A DNA stretch of 64,000 nucleotides from Eledone cirrhosa (lineage: Eukaryota), in the NCBI GenBank assembly GCA_964016885.1, contig OZ024743.1:346580001-346644000 (forward strand), given 5' to 3'. Positions within the stretch are counted from its first letter, which is position 1, and every line of letters starts with the position of its first letter. The position numbers and the translations under genes are program-made. Below the pieces are notes generated by a model. That model had not been told where the DNA came from, ran no database searches, and saw nothing but the letters and a program-made list of their open reading frames with translations. This document shows, one piece after another, positions 1 through 12,740 of the stretch.

Positions 1-568
1 TTGGATTAAAGAACATCAAGATGTAATATTCTAACCTAATTCATCAAGCATCCAATATTGAATCATCGTAGATTATGTGAAGGACATATTCTCTATATAT
101 TACGATTCCTGGATTGTGAAAATGGTGGTGTATACGAAAACCATAACACTGTTTTGCTTCTCATTCTTAATACTTTAAATATTTCTCTGCATACAAGCTT
201 CTATATCATACATATAAAATACTATACAACCCCCATAATACTCTTGCTTGCCCGCTTAAAGTGCTTATATTCCATATAACACCTTACCGCACTATAATAT
301 TATATAAATAGGACACACGTGCATGCCCCACGTGTAACTAACTACTTCTAACTATCCTCCTGCATCACCTTCATAGACTGCCAATGTTGTATTATAACTT
401 TAATTTTGTTGTAATTTTCTTTTAATATGACTTTAATCTTTAAATGTAAACTGCCATGCTTAAATATTATAATGGATGTCAACCCACTGTGCATCAATAT
501 ATACATATCTTTATGTATGTCACTTGTGTTGAAAAGGAGGTCAAGTATGTAAACAATCATTGAAAAAT

Positions 569-615
569 TACTCCGAAGACACCAAACCTCGGTTTGGAAG
601 AAACAATTGTAAGCG
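569..615 (+). ncRNA. Hammerhead-like motif with variant core (CCGAAGA)
   Basis: tact-CCGAAGA-ca-ccaaacc/tc/ggtttgg-aa-GAAA-caattg(palindrome)-TA-agcg; homologous to 63066-63112 on the minus strand. Confidence 0.5.
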
Positions 616-649
616 GATAAATGATTTGAACAGAACTTTGATTCATGTA

Positions 650-654
<5 letters not shown>

Positions 655-702
<48 letters not shown>
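655..702. repeat. (TA)n microsatellite
   Basis: Pure TA run. Confidence 0.95.
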
Positions 703-705
<3 letters not shown>

Positions 706-1042
706 GCACACACAAATATGCATACATATATATAGAGTTACCTGATGGAATATGTTATTTATCGATCTGTTTATACACATACATGGTGGCTGCCAACTCG
801 TTTTCGAGTACGGCCACTACTTTATATCCATGTAGGAGAACCTCTACCGATGCGCTGAACGAGTGTGACTTTTTAGTTCAGCCAGCGACTTGAAAACTCT
901 GATACAAACACTACACTTGTGACAATTACTGACACATAGTGCTGGGCCCATGGTACCATGGATACATACATGCATACATATATACATAAACATGAACAGA
1001 AAAATCATGCTGTAAACTCAGAAAGAGAATGTTTCCTCATAT

Positions 1043-1236
<194 letters not shown>

Positions 1237-1482
1237 ACAGAACACTGCGCTAATCACCTGAATCAAACATCACTTTATTAGAAAGAGCTGTCCACTGAGA
1301 AGCTTAAGGCGGGATTTAAATAAAAATTTCATGAAATTAATCCTCTAAATAAAAAGAGTATATCCTCATATATGTTGTTGATGGTATGTATGTGTACGTA
1401 TCTTTGCGTTTACGTCATTTTCTCAATGTTTTGTGTACATACACTTGTTAGTGTATAGTGTATCAGTAATATCTTTTTAGCA

Positions 1483-1519
1483 TGTGTGTGTGCGTGGGCG
1501 CAGATCTGTGTGTGTGTGA

Positions 1520-1569
<50 letters not shown>

Positions 1570-1583
1570 TTATATATATATAC

Positions 1584-1645
<62 letters not shown>

Positions 1646-1675
1646 TATATATATTATATATATTATATATATATA

Positions 1676-1756
<81 letters not shown>
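1483..1756. repeat. Compound (TG)n/(TA)n microsatellite
   Basis: Direct reading. Confidence 0.95.
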
Positions 1757-1758
<2 letters not shown>

Positions 1759-2096
1759 GTTCTCCACTGTACGCGGTTATACATATATAGTGTGTGTGCG
1801 TTTGTGTGTAAATTATATATTACTTTTTGCAAGTTTTTTTGTTGTCAACATATTTACTTTGACGTGTGCATAAACCGATAAGTGTAAGAACGGGAAGGTT
1901 TTTTTCCATGCGATATATGCCATCGGTTTCTAAGTATTTCAAAGTCTATATGTATTTATGTTGTATATGCAATTGTCTGCATATATATACAACCTGAAGG
2001 TGCGTGTGCTCAATGACATGCGTCTGCATAGAAGTCTTACTTTTACGTGCATGTAAACTTTTAAAAGAGTTAAATGTATCCCCAGATGTTTCACAT

Positions 2097-2101
<5 letters not shown>

Positions 2102-2179
<78 letters not shown>
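2102..2179. repeat. (CA)n microsatellite
   Basis: Direct reading. Confidence 0.95.
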
Positions 2180-2185
<6 letters not shown>

Positions 2186-2674
2186 ACATATATATATATA
2201 TACATACGTTTAAATTAGGTGGTTTACCACTGATTTGAATTGGTCATTCTGCAATGTTAACCATAACGTAATACAAGAAAAGCACTCGGCGTTATGCAAC
2301 CATAATTACTCGGAACGGACGGTGGGCCGTCGGGCCCTGGTGTGTGTGTGAAAGGGGGTCGCCTTATTCGGATGTTGTTAACCGCCATACCTTACTTCTA
2401 ACATTGAATTATAAGTGGAACCCAGAGTGGATAGTAAATTAGCTCAGCTTAACTAATCGGTAATTCACCGGCCAACTGTGCGGACTCTGTTTAATTATAC
2501 TTAAACATTTTTAAACACCCAGTTTTAATTTTCTATCTCTAAAATTAACCCTAACTCTATCTTCTAAACGTTTTTAACCGCAATTTCTTTGTACTTGATA
2601 TGTTCCTGTGTCCCCACACCTATATGTTTTACACCTTCCATGAGTGTATAGAATTTAGCTTGACCGAAGCAGCT

Positions 2675-2856
2675 TATCAGTATCGGTAGAGTGTCAGACG
2701 CCATGCTTTGCAGCAAAGAGTTACGGCCCTTTATGGTCTGAGTTCAAACCCGCCGAGGTTAACTATGCCTTTCATCCTTACGGAGTCGATAGAATAAAAT
2801 ACCAGTAATACACTGGGATAATTGCTGACCTTGTGCCTAAAAGTAGAAATAATTAT
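2675..2856 (+). mobile_element. tRNA-derived SINE, family A
   Basis: Head cagtatcggtaga, B-box-like gagttcaaaccc, central gcctttcatccttacggagtcgata...taccagt, 3' ccttgtgcctaaaagtagaaataatt; about 20 similar copies in the window. Confidence 0.85.
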
Positions 2857-3141
2857 CTGTAACATGATATTCTTCACCCCTCCTACATCTCTGACCTGCT
2901 GTCCGAAGACTGCTCGAATTGGGAGGTAGTAACGATTCGCTTGACAACATTTATGTCCCCCTACATTCTTAGCAAACTAACAGGAAGATAACTTCACTCA
3001 GAGAGTGGAGAGCAGTGTGGCAACATGCTGGCTCGTTCCTCTCTGAGTCAAGAACATAAACACATTTTTCCTCACTTTTTTCTGTGGTGGTTTCCTTAAG
3101 GTCTACCACCATTCCGTTGCTAAGCATTTATTACGCAATTT

Positions 3142-3199
3142 ACACCTGAAGATGTCACCAGGTCCTTATGCAACCTGATCGCTGAAATGTGCAAAGTGT
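3142..3199 (+). ncRNA. Degenerate type I hammerhead ribozyme
   Basis: acac-CTGAAGA-(caggt/acctg stem II)-GAAA-tgtgca-aa-gtgt; stem I acac/gtgt; U16.1 replaced by A. Confidence 0.5.
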
Positions 3200-3288
3200 G
3201 TGCAAAAATAAAAATAAAAATATTAAGGAAATTCAACATATTTGGTCTCCTGCCATTTCACTTTATGATATATAAATATATATATAAT

Positions 3289-3471
3289 TGTGTCTATTTT
3301 TGGCAAAAGGCCAGCAATTATGCCAGTGTATTACTGGTACTTTATTTTATCGAACCCCTAAGGATGAAAGGCAGAGTTAACCTCGCCGGGATTTGAACTC
3401 AGACCATAAAGAGCCGTAACACCGCAAAGCATGTTGTCCGACCCTCTACAGATACTGCCAATCCACCACCC
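3289..3471 (-). mobile_element. SINE family A, full length
   Basis: Reverse complement of the family A consensus; flanked by atatataat at 3280-3288 and 3475-3483. Confidence 0.9.
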
Positions 3472-3489
3472 TTAATATATAATGAGAAA

Positions 3490-3767
3490 AACATAGCATC
3501 TCTAATAAGGAGGTACGATACAGAATTTGGCAAGGCATCGGGCCCTACGAAGACCTGTTGACCATTGTAAATAAACGCAAATTGACATGGTACGGGCACG
3601 TGACAAGATCTTCAGGGCTTGCCAAGATTGTTCTGCAGGGAACAATGCAAGGAGGAAAGAAGCGAGGCAGAGAGAGAAAGAGATGGGAGGACAACCTCCC
3701 GGATTGGACCAGAATGAGGCTGAGTGCAACTATGAGGAAGGTGGAGAGGCGAGAGGAATGGAAGCAG
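3490..3767 (+). mobile_element. RTE-clade LINE 3' fragment (ORF C-terminus)
   Basis: NKEVRYRIWQGIGPYEDLLTIVNKRKLTWYGHVTRSSGLAKIVLQGTMQGGKKRGRERKRWEDN matches the RTE/BovB-type C-terminal WxGHV..GxRxRGRxxxRW motif. Confidence 0.85.
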
Positions 3768-3823
3768 TGATGCTCTGGGTAATTGCTGGCCTTGTGCCAA
3801 ACGTAGAAACAATTATTATTATT
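3764..3823 (+). mobile_element. SINE family A 3' tail fused to the RTE fragment
   Basis: cagtgatgctctgggtaattgctggccttgtgccaaacgtagaaacaattattattatt. Confidence 0.8.
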
Positions 3824-3833
3824 ATATATATAT

Positions 3834-4030
3834 GGGCGGTGGATTGGCAGTATCGGTAGAGGGTCGGACGCCATGCTTTCCAGCATAGTTACGTCCCTTT
3901 ACGATCTGAGTTCAAATCCCGCCGAGTTTGACTTTGCCTTTCATCCTTACGGGGTCGATAAAATAAAGTACCAGTAATGCACTGGGTAATTGCTGGCCTT
4001 GTGCCTAAAGTAGAAACAATTATTATTATT
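3834..4030 (+). mobile_element. SINE family A, full length, young
   Basis: gggcggtggattggcagtatcggtaga (A-box region), gagttcaaatccc (B box), central domain, (att)n tail. Confidence 0.92.
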
Positions 4031-4045
4031 ATATATATATATATA

Positions 4046-4080
<35 letters not shown>

Positions 4081-4081
4081 T

Positions 4082-4165
<84 letters not shown>

Positions 4166-4198
4166 TGTGAGTGTGTGTGTGTGTGCGTGTGTGTGTGT
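4031..4198. repeat. (TA)n/(TG)n microsatellite
   Basis: Direct reading. Confidence 0.95.
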
Positions 4199-4400
4199 TT
4201 ACATGACGATCTACTTCTCTTATAGATATGTACTGGAAGTAAAACTGATGTAATTTCATCTGTTCAATGATTTTTATGTATTTTTCCATAGCTTCCTGTG
4301 CATTTTTGGCAAATTATTCAGGCTTTTCCTATACTTTAGGATGAAGTTGTGCTACTATTTTGTGGTCTCTTTATATAGGAAGCAGTGGTTATGAAGTGGC

Positions 4401-4586
4401 TTAAACCTTTAATATTTACATTACTCTATATTTACTATTGTATTTTTGTGGTAAAGGCTTTAACTCATATAGTTATCTCATATAATACCATCACGGCAGT
4501 ATGAGCGGCCATTTATGGCCGGTTTCAAGAGAAAGAGATGAGGAAATTCTAGCCGGATACAGCCAGTCTAAATGCTAAAGTGTTAA
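4401..4586 (-). mobile_element. piggyBac-like MITE (diverged)
   Basis: TTAA at both ends, imperfect TIR acctttaatattta / taaatgctaaagtg; ends and interior homologous in reverse to 51772-52381. Confidence 0.65.
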
Positions 4587-4747
4587 TATATTAGGTAAAA
4601 TTTTACTTTTTTTTTAAATGATCAAGTTGTCAATGTTTGAAAAATAATTCATCTTTATCAATGATTACATATTTCTTTTGTAACTTTCATATATTACAGT
4701 GCAGACATTATGTAGAACATTTACAATGTGCTATTTTGTAATTGTTT

Positions 4748-4937
4748 GGGTGGTGGATTGGCAGTATCGGTAGAGGGTCGGGCGCCATGCTTTGAAGCAT
4801 AGAGTTACCTCGCTTTACATTCTTAGTTCAAATCCCGCCGAGGTTAACTTTGCCTTTCATTCTTACGGGGTCGATAAAATAAAGTACCAGTAATGGACTG
4901 GGATAATTGCTGGCCTTGTGCCGAAAGTAGAAACAGT
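4748..4937 (+). mobile_element. SINE family A with 16-bp TSD
   Basis: TSD tattttgtaattgttt at 4732-4747 and 4938-4953. Confidence 0.95.
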
Positions 4938-5019
4938 TATTTTGTAATTGTTTAACGCTGGGCGTGCGTTTCAGTTTATCAAGTTCAACTCACAGTAATT
5001 TGTAAGTGTGGGCGTAATA

Positions 5020-5305
5020 TGGATGTGGTAAGAGAGATATATTTATAACTAGAATACCGCTAATACCAACAAATGTTTACTTACTTCTCAAATGATTGCA
5101 ATTCCCAGAGGTAGTCAGTTTCTCAATGACCATTAACAAATCCCAAGTTCAAACCCTACAGGTTGTCCACCTCCATGTAAAGAGGGCTGTTTATCACATA
5201 TTCAATTGCATGTATGTTCTTCCCAATAGGCAAGGCCCCTCCCCATACTCTTCATATATACTCCAAAGAAAAAAGTTGAAAATATTGCTTTACAGTTTTC
5301 GTAGA
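5020..5305 (+). pseudogene. Helitron RepHel (Pif1-like helicase) C-terminal relic
   Basis: With a stop and frameshift reads DIFITRIPLIPTNV..K*LQFPEVVSFSMTINKSQVQTLQVV..SHIQLHVCSS..LFIYTPKKKVENI, matching Helitron 'IPRIPLIP..RLQFP..FAMTINKSQGQTL..SHGQLYVACSR'. Confidence 0.85.
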
Positions 5306-5327
5306 ATACATTTTTCTAGGCAAAGTT

Positions 5328-5440
5328 AAAATCCCATCGAGGTTAACTTTGCCTTTCATCCTTATGGGGTCGATAGAATAAAGTACCAGTAATGTACTGG
5401 ATTAATTGCTGGCCTTGTGCCAGAAGTAGAAACAATTATT
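5328..5440 (+). mobile_element. SINE family A, 5' truncated
   Basis: Central domain and 3' tail. Confidence 0.85.
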
Positions 5441-5553
5441 TCCTTTATTACCACCTGTATTTATATACCTTCTAAGGAAAGCGGACATTATGACAGATGA
5501 CAATAGGTGCCTGATGTATAGATTTCAGAAGGGACGAAGGCCAGAAGTACGGT

Positions 5554-5591
<38 letters not shown>

Positions 5592-6769
5592 TATACACAC
5601 ATATATATATATGTATATATATACATACATATATATAGGTACATTTTTTTTTACTGTTCCTCATAAAGGAATATCGATGACATTTATCTGTTATTTCTTC
5701 AAAGTTACATTTTAAACTTAACTCCGTTTAAATGAGTGTTAATCTACTTGATTTCTACGGACTAAAAAGGAAAAATTGGATAAATATTATCTGACTATTC
5801 TTCAAACGTATGATTTTATATATGTATATATATAATTAGGGAATTGTTTATATGTACATATTTTTAAGTTTATAATTATTGCTTACTTAATAAGACAATA
5901 TTATTAGTTTCTGTCTTCTCCGCCCTCACCTTTTTATTTGTTCTGCCTCCTTTTCTTCTCTTTTTTTCTTTTCCTTTACTTTTTATACGTTTGTTTTTCT
6001 TGCTACTCCTGTCGTAATTAGGTCGATGACCTTTCTCATCTTTACAGATTTGTGGCGGTCTAAATAATTTAGATAACACTATTGATAATCATAGCGTGCC
6101 ATGAGGAAACAACAGTAAAAACAACAATTCCTATCGATTTTTTTTTTTTTTTGTTCTGTAAAAAGGATTTTCCCGCTTTGTCAATCTCAAAAGAGATCAG
6201 TGACGACAATAAAAAAAATGTAAGCGGCAACGAAGGTCAAGTGAGAAAGGCAAATAACGTCAACTACAACCCCAATGTTACCATCACCGCGATGACAATT
6301 GAACAAGCCGTTTTCTTCCCCTTTCTATTCACAAGCAATATTTCCACCACGACATGCTCATACACCACCAAAAATAATATCTCTTCTATCAGCACTGGCG
6401 TTAACACTACCACATTCACTGTAGCGGTAGAATGTCTAACAATAGCAGCGCCCTTAAGAAAATCTACACCAGTATCACTGCAAAGGTAAGCTCCTTTGCG
6501 CGAGCTAGAGAAAGTTCAGACATGCGGGATCACCAATAGTTCAACAAATTCTACCTCATTGGTCGATTAGCTTGTGGGAAACAAACCAGGTTTAATGTGA
6601 CTCCAATCAATTTATTTATTAAATCAAAATATTTTCCTGATGATTATCCTCAGGAAAACAATTCCGTCCCATTTTTTAAAAGCTGGCTCATGTCAATATA
6701 AGTAAACATCTGTCCGGTGGTCAGATTCAATAGCCACCGAGTGGGAGCATTTTGTATCAAGCACTGATT

Positions 6770-6945
6770 ATCTTAAGTGACTTTTTGTATCATTTTTGAA
6801 TGTGATTGTCAGAAGGAACTGCTATGAAATCTAGTGGTGTTAAGAGCCAACCTGTTCCAACTACCAATCGGGAGAGCCGATTTACCATGTGCGGACGACG
6901 TCACTATAATATTGTCGGACACAACGGACGTCGAAGTAATAATTG
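6770..6945 (+). pseudogene. Short L1/Tx1-like RT relic
   Basis: One frame reads CADDVTIILSDTTDVEVII (YADD motif), similar to SAYFDNINMIVSGTSEIEVI at 7435-7737 minus. Confidence 0.55.
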
Positions 6946-7434
6946 CCTTTATCAGGGAATACGGTGTTTTAAAATATTGATTTACAAGCACATAACGGTG
7001 AGGCGTTAGTTGGATACATGCTCATTGACTCTGCGTTCGGAGTTCAAATCCTGCAGACGTCTGATTTGCCTTTCATCCTTGCGAATTTGATGAAGAAAGT
7101 GCCTGCCCAGTGCTTTTACAAAACACTCCCCTTCCAGCTGCTACATCCTGAAGGTTCCACTAGATCAATGGATTGAGTGACGAGAGTGAATCTGGTCTGC
7201 TCGCATTTGCATCTAAAACCCTTAACAGTAGCATGGTGTATGATGACGGTTGTAGTAGTATAGAACTATATTGCCTTTCTTGTTTTTTTGTTTGTTTTTT
7301 TAATGGTCTGCTTAATAATTTTTGAAATAGCTAACAGTATAGCTTCGCTTTGTAACATGGGAGTGATGGCAAAGAAAGAGTAGTGCATGTTTGTTATTGA
7401 AATCCAAATTGCTGAAGCCGAATTAGAAACCCAC

Positions 7435-8560
7435 TCACTTGTCCGGGTTGATCTTCACTTCAGTCAAACTTTCATGTTTCTCTAAGAAGATACCGATAAC
7501 CTCGATTTCCGAGGTGCCCGATACTATCATGTTGATGTTGTCAAAGTATGCCGAAACAGCACTTCCACGTCCCGGTTCGAGTGTGATGCACTGCAACAGC
7601 TCCAGCTTCCGCATTAATATCTCAAGAATCAAGGTATAGAAGTGGAAACGGGTTATCTTTGTCGAATTGAGGATGACCTGAAATGGTTCCTTAAACGGTT
7701 CCTGAAAATGTGACCATTTACTTTGACCATTGAGCAAATACTGATGTGTATTGCAGCGATCCCGCCTCTGAATATGAGGCCGAAGATCGTTGCCTTGAAG
7801 GCAGACACCAGGTATCGATAATTGACCGTATCGAAAGTTCTTGATTGATCTAAATTGATCAGAGCCCCACCGAAGCTCGGTTTACACCCTACCCTCTCTA
7901 TGATGTATCGTATGAGGTGGAATGTGTCGTGTATGGACTTAGTCGCGATTGTGCAAGTTTGCACCTCCTCTACCAGTCCCTCGATGACAAGCGCCAACCT
8001 CTTCGCTAACACCTTGGCCAAAATCTTAAACTCTGTATTTATCAGAGTTATGTGCTTGAAATTGTCTAAAGTATCCCTCTCGTTCTCGTCTTTCCTCATC
8101 AGCGTTATTATGCACTGGTTCACAGAACTGGGAATACTCCCGTTCTCCTGCCAGTTGCAGTAGAGCGCTTCGAGAAAATGGGAGAACAAATCTCGCATAT
8201 CTATGTAAAACTAGTAAAGCAGGCAATCCAAACCGGGTGACTTGCGATTCGTGCAAACGACCAAGACATCCCGAATCTTGGCTGACGTAATCGGCCTTTT
8301 GCCTTACTGAGCATCGTGTGGTGAGAGTTGCGGCCTACCACCGTCTCAAAGCCCCACCCTTCGCAAACAATCGTGCAAAGTTCTGCCAGGAATTGTTCAG
8401 AACGTGCTTGTCTCGGTCCATCAAAGACTAAATCGTGATTTTGATACCACGCAGCGGCTCTTTTACTCGGATCCTAGTTTCTTGGTGCATACAATGCTAG
8501 TTTCTAGCTCTGACAATGCAGCCTTCGTGTTTCGCATTGAATAAATGGTCTAATGCCATT
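7435..8560 (-). mobile_element. Decayed L1/Tx1-like LINE ORF2 (RT domain)
   Basis: WQENGSIPSSVNQCIITL..NFKHITLINTEFKILAKVLAKRL..LINLDQSRTFDTVNYRYL, then SAYFDN (degenerate YADD) and KINPDK; frameshifted. Confidence 0.9.
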
Positions 8561-8588
8561 CTCGCCGCTAGTATGTCAGTTGTTGGTG

Positions 8589-9330
8589 CTACTGTAGTTG
8601 TTGATTGTGGTGCTCTTTAATTTTCCGTTGCTGCTGCTGGTGTTGTTTTTTTCTCCCGGCACCGGTGTTAGCAACAGTGGAGGTTTTCGACGCCTTCCAT
8701 TTTTTTGGTGAGGGCAGAAGGCTCGTTAGTTCACGGCAGACGAAACGATGCGGCCTTTTGCCCTCGGTTATTATGTATAGCACTGTCCTATTTTGGAGTC
8801 TGAAGTGGTTCGGGATTTTTCTCAAATATTCCGGCGTGATATGGAGAAATATGTCCAGGTCAACCCCGGACCAATTCTCATTTGCTATCCTCATTACTTC
8901 AATTGGGATAGTATCCGTCCCCTCCACAATTACGCATCCCAGGAGCCACCATCCGAGGGAATCCTGGGAATCGCTGGTCTTCTTCCTATGTAGGAGGGGT
9001 ACATAATGACGTTGCTGATTTTGCAAGGGGTCATTGCGTGTTTCATAGTGAGAGCTTCTGACTTAAACAGCACCGAAATGGTGCCTTATTTTCTGCCCGT
9101 CATTATGTATACAGTGTCATCCCTGATGCACCTCAGTGCAGCTTCTATTTCAGCACTTATTGCCGCTGTTTCGTCTCTGCTGAAATGCATCGTTCTACGC
9201 TCCACCGCTTCCATGGCTTCCGCTGGGACAGCTAAGTTGGCCCAGGTTTGCTCTTGTTTGATGAGCTTCCAAGTCTGGCCCAACATTTTCCCTTTCTCGT
9301 TGAGGTCCATGCTGAAGCATGGGTCTTTTT
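8589..9330 (-). mobile_element. Probable ORF1 relic of the same L1/Tx1-like LINE
   Basis: Upstream of the RT on the same strand; IITEGKRPHRFVCRE resembles a decayed 'EGRxPxCFxC' zinc knuckle; endonuclease region not apparent. Confidence 0.55.
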
Positions 9331-9342
9331 GACTGCACCAAA

Positions 9343-9443
9343 ATAATGTTTCTACGTTTGGCACAAGACCAGCAATTATCCAGTGCATTATTGGTGCTTT
9401 ATTTTATCGACCCCGTAAGGATGAAAGGCAAAATTAACTTCGC
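9343..9443 (-). mobile_element. SINE family A, 5' truncated
   Basis: Reverse complement of central domain and tail. Confidence 0.85.
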
Positions 9444-10117
9444 AATCAAAATAATAATAATGATAATTATATGTATACTAGTATACTATCTACAAGTCAT
9501 GTACAAGTATAGCAGTTTATTATAATAGACAGTAATAGTTTACCTGCACGTTTAATGCAAACGTTGATATATTTTCGTGCATCACATACACAGATGCATC
9601 GTATAACCCGAAGACCAAACACTATTATACGTAATACGTGTTCAGTTCCTTTTAATAACGTAAAAGTTTTTTTGTTTTTTTTCAGGTTCCCACAATATTC
9701 CTTTCAACAATCAATCGCAATATGTGTGCACATGTATATGTATGGGTTGATGTATGTATTTGTGTATGTAAGGTAATCTCCAACAATGATTGCGGCATTG
9801 AGGTGATTGAGCCCGGCCTACAGAACAATGTGTCAAAGGAAGACATGTGTGACCCACGGCACCGTGTAGGAAAACATGTGTGATGTCGTGCCACATATAT
9901 TGACAACCTGAATATAGCACTGATAAACAAAGTGAAAGAAACAGAATTTGTTTCTCAGACACGAGTAGAAGCTCGGCCTAATTTGTGTGTATATGTATGT
10001 ATGCCTGTATGCATGTATGAATGTAGGTATGTACTTATGTATGCATACGTGTGTACTTATGTATGCAAACGTACGTGTATATGTATGTATTAAGTGTGTG
10101 TGTATGAATGTATGTAC

Positions 10118-10152
<35 letters not shown>

Positions 10153-10577
10153 TGTATATTCAACATAGGTAGGCAAGTATTATAAATTGAGGGGTGTAGA
10201 TAGGTAGGTATGCATATATAGATAATTATGTAGTTAAGTAGGTAAACAAGGTTGGGAGGCCAGTTATGTAAGTAAAAACACATACTATATGTGTGCCTCG
10301 GACAATATCCTAGATTTCTAAGTTTCATCATGTGTACCTCGGTTTATAAACGTGCTTAGAGAATAGTTTTCAACGCCCCTTCACCATGAAATTTTAATTT
10401 AATTGTAAAACAATGGGATGGCCACCATTCTAGCTTCAGTCTTTTACGGAATTTAACTATTTAATTATTATCTTTTTTTATCGTTTTGTCCGTGGAGAAT
10501 GAAAACTGTGTAGCCGGCGGGTTTGGTTGGTAGGTTAACTCAGTGCATTTAATATGGATGTCTTGCATGCACAAACC

Positions 10578-10637
<60 letters not shown>

Positions 10638-10770
10638 TATATAAACATATATATATATATATATATCTGTGATTGTGTGTGTAAAATATATAATTATGTA
10701 CACGACAATCAAACGTTAATCAGATTTGTCACGCAACAAAAAATGACACTAGCCCTTACATACATATATG

Positions 10771-10807
<37 letters not shown>

Positions 10808-11034
10808 GTAAGTATATATATAAATATATGTTTGTATATATATATATATATTCATCTTTCAAAATATAGACCTTTTTATTATTACTGAATATATGACATC
10901 CTCTGATATTGTCTTACAGGTTGATTCGCTTTCACAAACTTAAGGACATTTGGTGCATATATTTATGTTTCTTGCTGCTGTATATCCCTAAATATGATTA
11001 TGTTTATAAAAACACAGGTGTACATAGAAACACA

Positions 11035-11069
<35 letters not shown>

Positions 11070-11094
11070 GGGGGGGGGGGTTATATATATAAAG

Positions 11095-11715
11095 AGACCG
11101 AAAGACCATGTTGATACTATTGCGGACATTTGTTCTAACCCAACTGGACTACTGCTCCCAATTGTGGTCACTCCACAGTAGCAAACAAACCACGGATCTT
11201 GTGGCAATCCAACGAAGCTACACCAAATGTATTGCCACTATGAAGGAGATGAGCTAGTGGGATAGGCTAAAAGAACTGAAACTCTATTCCTTGGAACAAA
11301 GACGGGAGAGATAAGCAGTGATATACATATGGAAAATCCTGGAAGGACTAGCACCAATCTTTGGCGTTGAGAGCCCGGACCAATCCCCGAACAAGACGTT
11401 ACTGTGTGGTGCCAAAGCTCGCGCCTTTCACATCTAGAATAAAGAGCAGATATTGCATTAGCCTGGGGTTCAAAAGCCCTCAACTCTTTAACAAGCTGCC
11501 AAGAAATTTGAGAGATCTGCATGTTTTGAAGAAACATCTTGACACTCTGCTATCCAGGATCCCAGATGCGCCAACAGCACGGTACGAAGTTAACCTAAGG
11601 GCAGCAGCAATGAACTCCCTCGTACACCAATGGTTAGTCAAAATAGGCTGGAGATGGAACGTGTAGCAAAAAGGTCGGTGCCCCAGCATGGCCTCAGCCG
11701 AATGGCTCTAATATG
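11095..11715 (+). mobile_element. CR1/L2-group LINE 3' fragment
   Basis: TMLILLRTFVLTQLDYCSQLWS..QRSYTK..S*WDRLKELKLYSLEQRRER*AVIYIWKILEGLAP..PQLFNKLP..KKHLDTLL matches the CR1-type ORF2 C-terminus. Confidence 0.85.
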
Positions 11716-12637
11716 TAAAAGAGTAAAAGAGTATATATATATGTATATATCATGACGTTCAGATATAGAAATCGGCTTAATAAACAGAAATAGGATAAAT
11801 TGAAACACTTAATAGAAGTTTTGTATGAAAAGGAAAATATATTTGACGGAATGAAAAACAGATCTACAAAAAATAAGGGAGGCAAATATACCAGCTCTGA
11901 ATGTTTTGAAAAGCTTTGCAAAAGAAGCAACTTTATTGCATTTTAAAAATAGAGCTACTGTAAAAGTAGTGAAATTCGATTTGAGAAACTCAACGTGTTT
12001 TCGCTACCCGACTGTGGTACATGCATATAAAAAGGCCAATGTGCTACTCACTGCTGCAAATATGCATTGGGGAACATCATATTTCAAGTACATCGTTATA
12101 AAAATAAATAAGCGGTAAAATGCCTTACATATTTGTACCGGTTCTCTGCCATTTTAATTCAAATCCAGCTGGTCAATTCTTTCCTTTCGACTTTTCGAAG
12201 TCAATAATTAAAATGCCAGTACAACGGTGGTAATGTTAGAGAGCTGGATATGATATATTGGGGTACCATTTCAGGCTATTTATTTCTTGCGTTCACCTGC
12301 GAGGTCACTTTTGCAAACACCAACCACTCTTGCCTTTCTCTTGGACGACATCAGTGATGTGGAGAAGCGGCTGGTGAGTTTTTACAAAAGCCGAGGCTCT
12401 TTGAAAGGATGTTCGGAGTTGCACATCTATTCTTACAAGGTGGAGCATTCACGAACTGGCTACCAATTTCTTGCTGTTAACAATCTACACAAATAACAAA
12501 CATCTAAGTATGGAGTAACTAGAAGAAAAAAAAGAAAACAAAAACAGTTGTGGGACCTTTAATATGCGTAATATAATTGTAGTTATATTATGTAGAGAGT
12601 ACAATGAACGTGACACGATGTTGAACGTAACAATAAT

Positions 12638-12740
12638 TGTTTCTACTTTTGGCACAAGGCCAGCAATTATTTCAGTGTATTACTGGTACTTTATTTTATC
12701 GACCCCGTAAGGATGAAAGGCAAAGTTAACCTCGACGGGA
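12638..12740 (-). mobile_element. SINE family A, 5' truncated, 18-bp TSD
   Basis: TSD gttgaacgtaacaataat at 12620-12637 and 12741-12758. Confidence 0.93.

Noticed and set aside
315-346. Hairpin acacgtg/cacgtgt plus ctac as a Helitron 3' end
   Set aside because: Terminus is not CTRR and no 5' end is visible in the window
3834-3925. SINE heads as tRNA genes
   Set aside because: Only A/B-box-like motifs, no cloverleaf, and embedded in a multi-copy element with TSDs
6635-6665. ctgatga..gaaa as a hammerhead
   Set aside because: No stem II or stem I pairing
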